NCBI RefSeq assembly: GCF_000195975.1
Contig: NC_005070.1
Coordinates: forward strand, 1,320,001 to 1,352,000
Source: Parasynechococcus marenigrum WH 8102
GTDB lineage: Bacteria > Cyanobacteriota > Cyanobacteriia > PCC-6307 > Cyanobiaceae
Direction of reading: 5' to 3'
DNA length: 32,000 nt
Shown: in pieces, positions 29,279 through 32,000 of the stretch
Layout of the letters: every line of letters starts with the position of its first letter
Numbering within the stretch: position 1 is the stretch's first letter
The notes under the pieces: generated by a model
What the model was told of the DNA's origin: nothing
Databases searched by the model: none
What the model saw: the letters and a program-made list of their open reading frames with translations, nothing else
Translations under genes and position numbers: made by a program

Positions 29279-30300
29279 GGATCACCTGCCACGCATCGGT
29301 CGGCGGCGCGCCGTGGTTCCAGCTGTTCCAACGCAAGAATCGCAGAACACTCCGAAAACGGATTACTGGGCGATGGATTGTGCCGCCAATCCCTGGCGAA
29401 AGGGTTGCCGCACTTACGACAGCTGAGCGGTCGCATCAACAAGCGGCGACCGGTTCCAGCATCGACCGGGTTCTCAGCGTGAAACCCATCTGGAGCAGCC
29501 GTGCATTGGAGACACGAGCGTTGAACGCCCCTGGCCCCCGGACGATCGTGGTTGTCCCAGATCACAGGGGGGAGCCCTTCGTCATCGCAGAGGGCATTGG
29601 AGAGCTCGCGACGACTGAGTTGAAGGTCATCCACGAGGTTGTAGATGCCCTGAAGTCTGCGCTGAAGTGCAAACTCAACCCCGCGAACGATGTCGTCCAG
29701 GTGCACCCAGGCATTGATGTGGTTGCCGTTCTTGGCCACCTGCTGCCCCGAGGCACTGCGAATGAACGATGGGATGTCTTTTCCTGGCCCGTAGATCCCC
29801 CCCAACCTCAGCACACAGGTCTGAATCGAGGGAGTGTTGAGCGCAAGGACGGCATTCTCTGCCTGCACCAGCAGCTCGTTGGTGGTGTTGCTGAGATCCG
29901 GGGATGACAACTCCGTGGTGACGGCACCGGACTGATCGCCATAGACCCCAGCACTGCTCAAGTAACTGACGTGGAGCGGACGTTGACGAGGGCGCTCTCG
30001 CAGAGCCTTGACAAGGGCAGGCACCGCTTCGGCGTAAACCGCTCGGTACTGATCTTCCTCGTAGCTGGCCGTGGTCGGAGCCATGGCAATCAACACACCA
30101 TCAAGGTCGTCGATAACACTGAAGTCAGCAGCGGAATCACCAGCACGGAGAATGCGGGGATGGTCGACTAGATCGCACAGCTCAGCCAGACGAGCCGGGC
30201 CCGTTGTAGTACCCATCAGCTCGTAGCCCTGTGCGCGCAAGTGGAGGGCAACAGCTGAACCGACGTAACCACAGCCCACCACTCCGAACCGACCTGACAT
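29275..30300 (-). CDS. NAD-dependent epimerase/dehydratase-family SDR with unusual C-terminal tail
   Basis: Rossmann motif FGVVGCGYVGSAVALHL. Start taken at M8 (alternative at 30321). The last 60 aa or so are Arg/Cys/Pro-rich and do not look SDR-like. Confidence 0.65.
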   Translation of the reverse strand: MSGRFGVVGCGYVGSAVALHLRAQGYELMGTTTGPARLAELCDLVDHPRILRAGDSAADFSVIDDLDGVLIAMAPTTASYEEDQYRAVYAEAVPALVKALRERPRQRPLHVSYLSSAGVYGDQSGAVTTELSSPDLSNTTNELLVQAENAVLALNTPSIQTCVLRLGGIYGPGKDIPSFIRSASGQQVAKNGNHINAWVHLDDIVRGVEFALQRRLQGIYNLVDDLQLSRRELSNALCDDEGLPPVIWDNHDRPGARGVQRSCLQCTAAPDGFHAENPVDAGTGRRLLMRPLSCRKCGNPFARDWRHNPSPSNPFSECSAILALEQLEPRRAADRCVAGDP

Positions 30301-30381
30301 AAATTTGCCGCCTGTGTTCACACAACGTAACGATTCATGGGTCGATGTGTTGTGAGATCCGCTGCAGTCTCTGTTTTTGGC

Positions 30382-30735
30382 TCAAAACAGCAGTTGCAGT
30401 AGCCCCAGCGTGACCAGGGCCAGTGCAACGGCAACAGCCAGCCCCCCCAGCAGCAGAACAACACCCGCCACCAGACCGATCCGCGCTGCCGTTCGGGGAA
30501 ACAGGAGATAAAAGCTGAGGCCGAATGCCACGGGCCACAGCGGTGGTAGAAGAACGCAAACGGCCGTGAGCAGGGTTAATCGACGGCGACGGCTGCGATC
30601 CTGTTCCTGGGACAGCTGAATCCGCTGGTTCTTTCGATCGAGTTCCGCCTGTTCCTCGTCGCTTAGCCAGCGACCCCGTTGGCGGGCGGCCTCAAGATCC
30701 TGTGCCGGATTGTTCGGGATGGATCCCTCAGTCAT
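30382..30735 (-). CDS. Hypothetical membrane protein (117 aa)
   Basis: Charged N-terminal half followed by hydrophobic helices (LTLLTAVCVLLPPLWPVAFGLSFYLLF.. and ..GLVAGVVLLLGGLAVAVALALV). Confidence 0.55.
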   Translation of the reverse strand: MTEGSIPNNPAQDLEAARQRGRWLSDEEQAELDRKNQRIQLSQEQDRSRRRRLTLLTAVCVLLPPLWPVAFGLSFYLLFPRTAARIGLVAGVVLLLGGLAVAVALALVTLGLLQLLF

Positions 30736-30764
30736 GGCGTCAGCCTAGGAAGCCCTGACAACGC

Positions 30765-31157
30765 CTACAGCCCATTGAGTTGTTGGAACAGGGAACGACG
30801 GTCCTGCTCCAACTCAATCTGAATAATGCGCGCCACCGCCTGAGGATCACTGAGAACCGCGTCATGGGTGAAACGCAGCGTGCGCAGATGGCGACTGAGC
30901 AGACGATCACGGTTGTAATCCTTGTCGCGACGTTTGGTTTTGTTGTGGCGAGCCCCGTCAATTTCCACATTCAGCAGCCCATGGGGGGAGATCACCAGCA
31001 GATCCAGGGTGCGACGGGTGCCAGTTGCACCCTCGGGGATGCAGATATGCATTTCAAAACTGAACAGAAGTCCGGCAGCTTCGAGGGCTTCACACAGCCG
31101 CATATGACCCTCTGACTGAAGATCAACCCCCTTGAACCTCTGCCCCCACTCAGCCAT
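30765..31157 (-). CDS. DUF559 / Vsr-like PD-(D/E)xK endonuclease-domain protein
   Basis: ..TLDLLVISPHGLLNVEIDGARHNKTKRRDKDYNRDRLLSRHLRTLRFTHDAVL.. fits the D..E.DG..H..D..R..L...G..v.RF pattern. Confidence 0.65.
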   Translation of the reverse strand: MAEWGQRFKGVDLQSEGHMRLCEALEAAGLLFSFEMHICIPEGATGTRRTLDLLVISPHGLLNVEIDGARHNKTKRRDKDYNRDRLLSRHLRTLRFTHDAVLSDPQAVARIIQIELEQDRRSLFQQLNGL

Positions 31158-31166
31158 GCCCGAGGT

Positions 31167-31463
31167 TCAGCGGTTCACCAGGCGTGCATGCAGCGCACAC
31201 ACCTTGGCCGCCTTGGCAGGTGGCGCCTGACAGAGAGCACCCAGCTCCTGGATCAGCTGCTGAAACAAGCCAACGTCCGCTCCGGGCAGAGACGAAAGCG
31301 CAGACAAGAAGCCAACCATCGCCACCATCACCCTCCGATCCGATCTTGAGACAAGATTAAGACCCTGAAGCTGGAGGGTTGCCCTGAGGCTGATCCCCCT
31401 CATCCAGCTGAACCACTTGCCATCACCGCTTCGACGCGCTCGGTGTTGAGCACGCCTTGGCAA
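31167..31463 (-). CDS. Hypothetical protein (98 aa or shorter)
   Basis: ORF in the track. The N-terminus is Arg-rich, so the real start may be the internal MVAMVGF... Confidence 0.3.
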   Translation of the reverse strand: MPRRAQHRARRSGDGKWFSWMRGISLRATLQLQGLNLVSRSDRRVMVAMVGFLSALSSLPGADVGLFQQLIQELGALCQAPPAKAAKVCALHARLVNR

Positions 31464-31579
31464 TCAAGAATCAGATCAAACAGAGGTGCTAAGCCGGGGA
31501 GATGCATTGTCCCCATTCAGGCGACATCAGGCCAACAACACATCCCCCAACTGAGGGATTTTGAACTCAACCGGTGGTC

Positions 31580-31693
31580 TCAGGCCTGGGATGCGAGCAC
31601 GGAGAGCGCTGCTAACACCGCAACAGAGACGACGATGAACGACAGACCCATTGCTATTTCATTGCTGCGCTTGATGTTCTGATAACTGCGCAT
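31580..31693 (-). CDS. Possible 37-aa single-TM micro-protein (MRSYQNIKRSNEIAMGLSFIVVSVAVLAALSVLASQA)
   Basis: Hand-translated, below the track cutoff. Confidence 0.25.
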   Translation of the reverse strand: MRSYQNIKRSNEIAMGLSFIVVSVAVLAALSVLASQA

Positions 31694-31729
31694 GGCCCGA
31701 TCGCGTGGATCGCCAAGCTAAGGGCGTAG

Positions 31730-32000
31730 TCACAAACCCAACGAATGGGTCAATAGATCTTGATGTCGACGAGACGTTTCTTCATGTCCAAGAGAACAGG
31801 GACCTGACTCCAGCTCAATCCACTCCAGGATCAACCCATGCAGGCGAGCCAGTGCACTCCGCTGTTCCAACGAGCCAGCGGGTGTGTACTTGAAATCCAT
31901 GAACGCCCGGTCAGCCAGCGGACGTTGTTGCAGGCAACGATCCTGAATCGACATCAACTTTGCGGCTGCCCCGAACCGGACAGGCGCGAGATCCAAAGCA
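31730..32000 (-). CDS. Hypothetical protein, 5'-truncated by the window edge
   Basis: The frame is open to nt 32000. The track start at 31996 is a TTG artefact of the window end. Confidence 0.4.
   Translation of the reverse strand, partial: ALDLAPVRFGAAAKLMSIQDRCLQQRPLADRAFMDFKYTPAGSLEQRSALARLHGLILEWIELESGPCSLGHEETSRRHQDLLTHSLGL

Noticed and set aside
1-32000. CRISPR arrays, rRNA, tRNA, IS elements with transposases
   Set aside because: Reading both strands, I saw no regularly spaced repeats beyond the short ones reported, no rRNA-like or cloverleaf-forming segments, and no transposase-like ORF.

Overview
The window looks like a high-GC picocyanobacterial chromosome, marine Synechococcus-like by gene content: an HLIP, plant-type ferredoxin petF, DUF4278, DUF2811, DUF1543, and an MntC/A/B metal importer. 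Sampled host lines run about 65-73% G+C. Most of it is ordinary housekeeping and conserved-hypothetical genes: chrA, a J-domain protein, DUF427, a SAM methyltransferase, NUDIX, an orphan ABC ATPase, two SDRs, a PlsC-type acyltransferase, nth, petF and a udk-like kinase.

Two accessory regions stand out.

1. A small low-GC islet of tiny ORFs at about 1.9-3.6 kb.

2. A composite mobile island of about 9.6 kb at roughly 15.19-24.79 kb, inserted in the divergent intergenic region between the udk-like kinase gene and a DUF4278 gene. No tRNA lies at either flank. The island has two modules.
- Left module (about 50% GC): an RHH regulator, an 806-aa DUF4326-DUF3987 helicase-type replication protein, an iteron-like repeat field, a 186-aa tyrosine recombinase with only the catalytic domain, and a three-gene coupled operon ending in an HTH protein.
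- Right module: a large serine recombinase (LSR) translationally coupled to two very low-GC cargo genes (27-38% in sampled lines), a CoiA-N-like zinc-ribbon protein and a T5orf172/GIY-YIG-like protein. I do not recognise this trio as any described system, and it is my top candidate for something new, either defense/addiction cargo or accessory recombination factors.
- The two modules are separated by a diverged fossil copy of the 3' end of the HTH gene.
- Candidate att-type sequences are a 49-bp imperfect palindrome 9 nt upstream of the LSR start and a 10-bp inverted repeat at the two island edges.

All family assignments come from motif recognition by eye. No searches were run. No rRNA, tRNA or CRISPR array was found.
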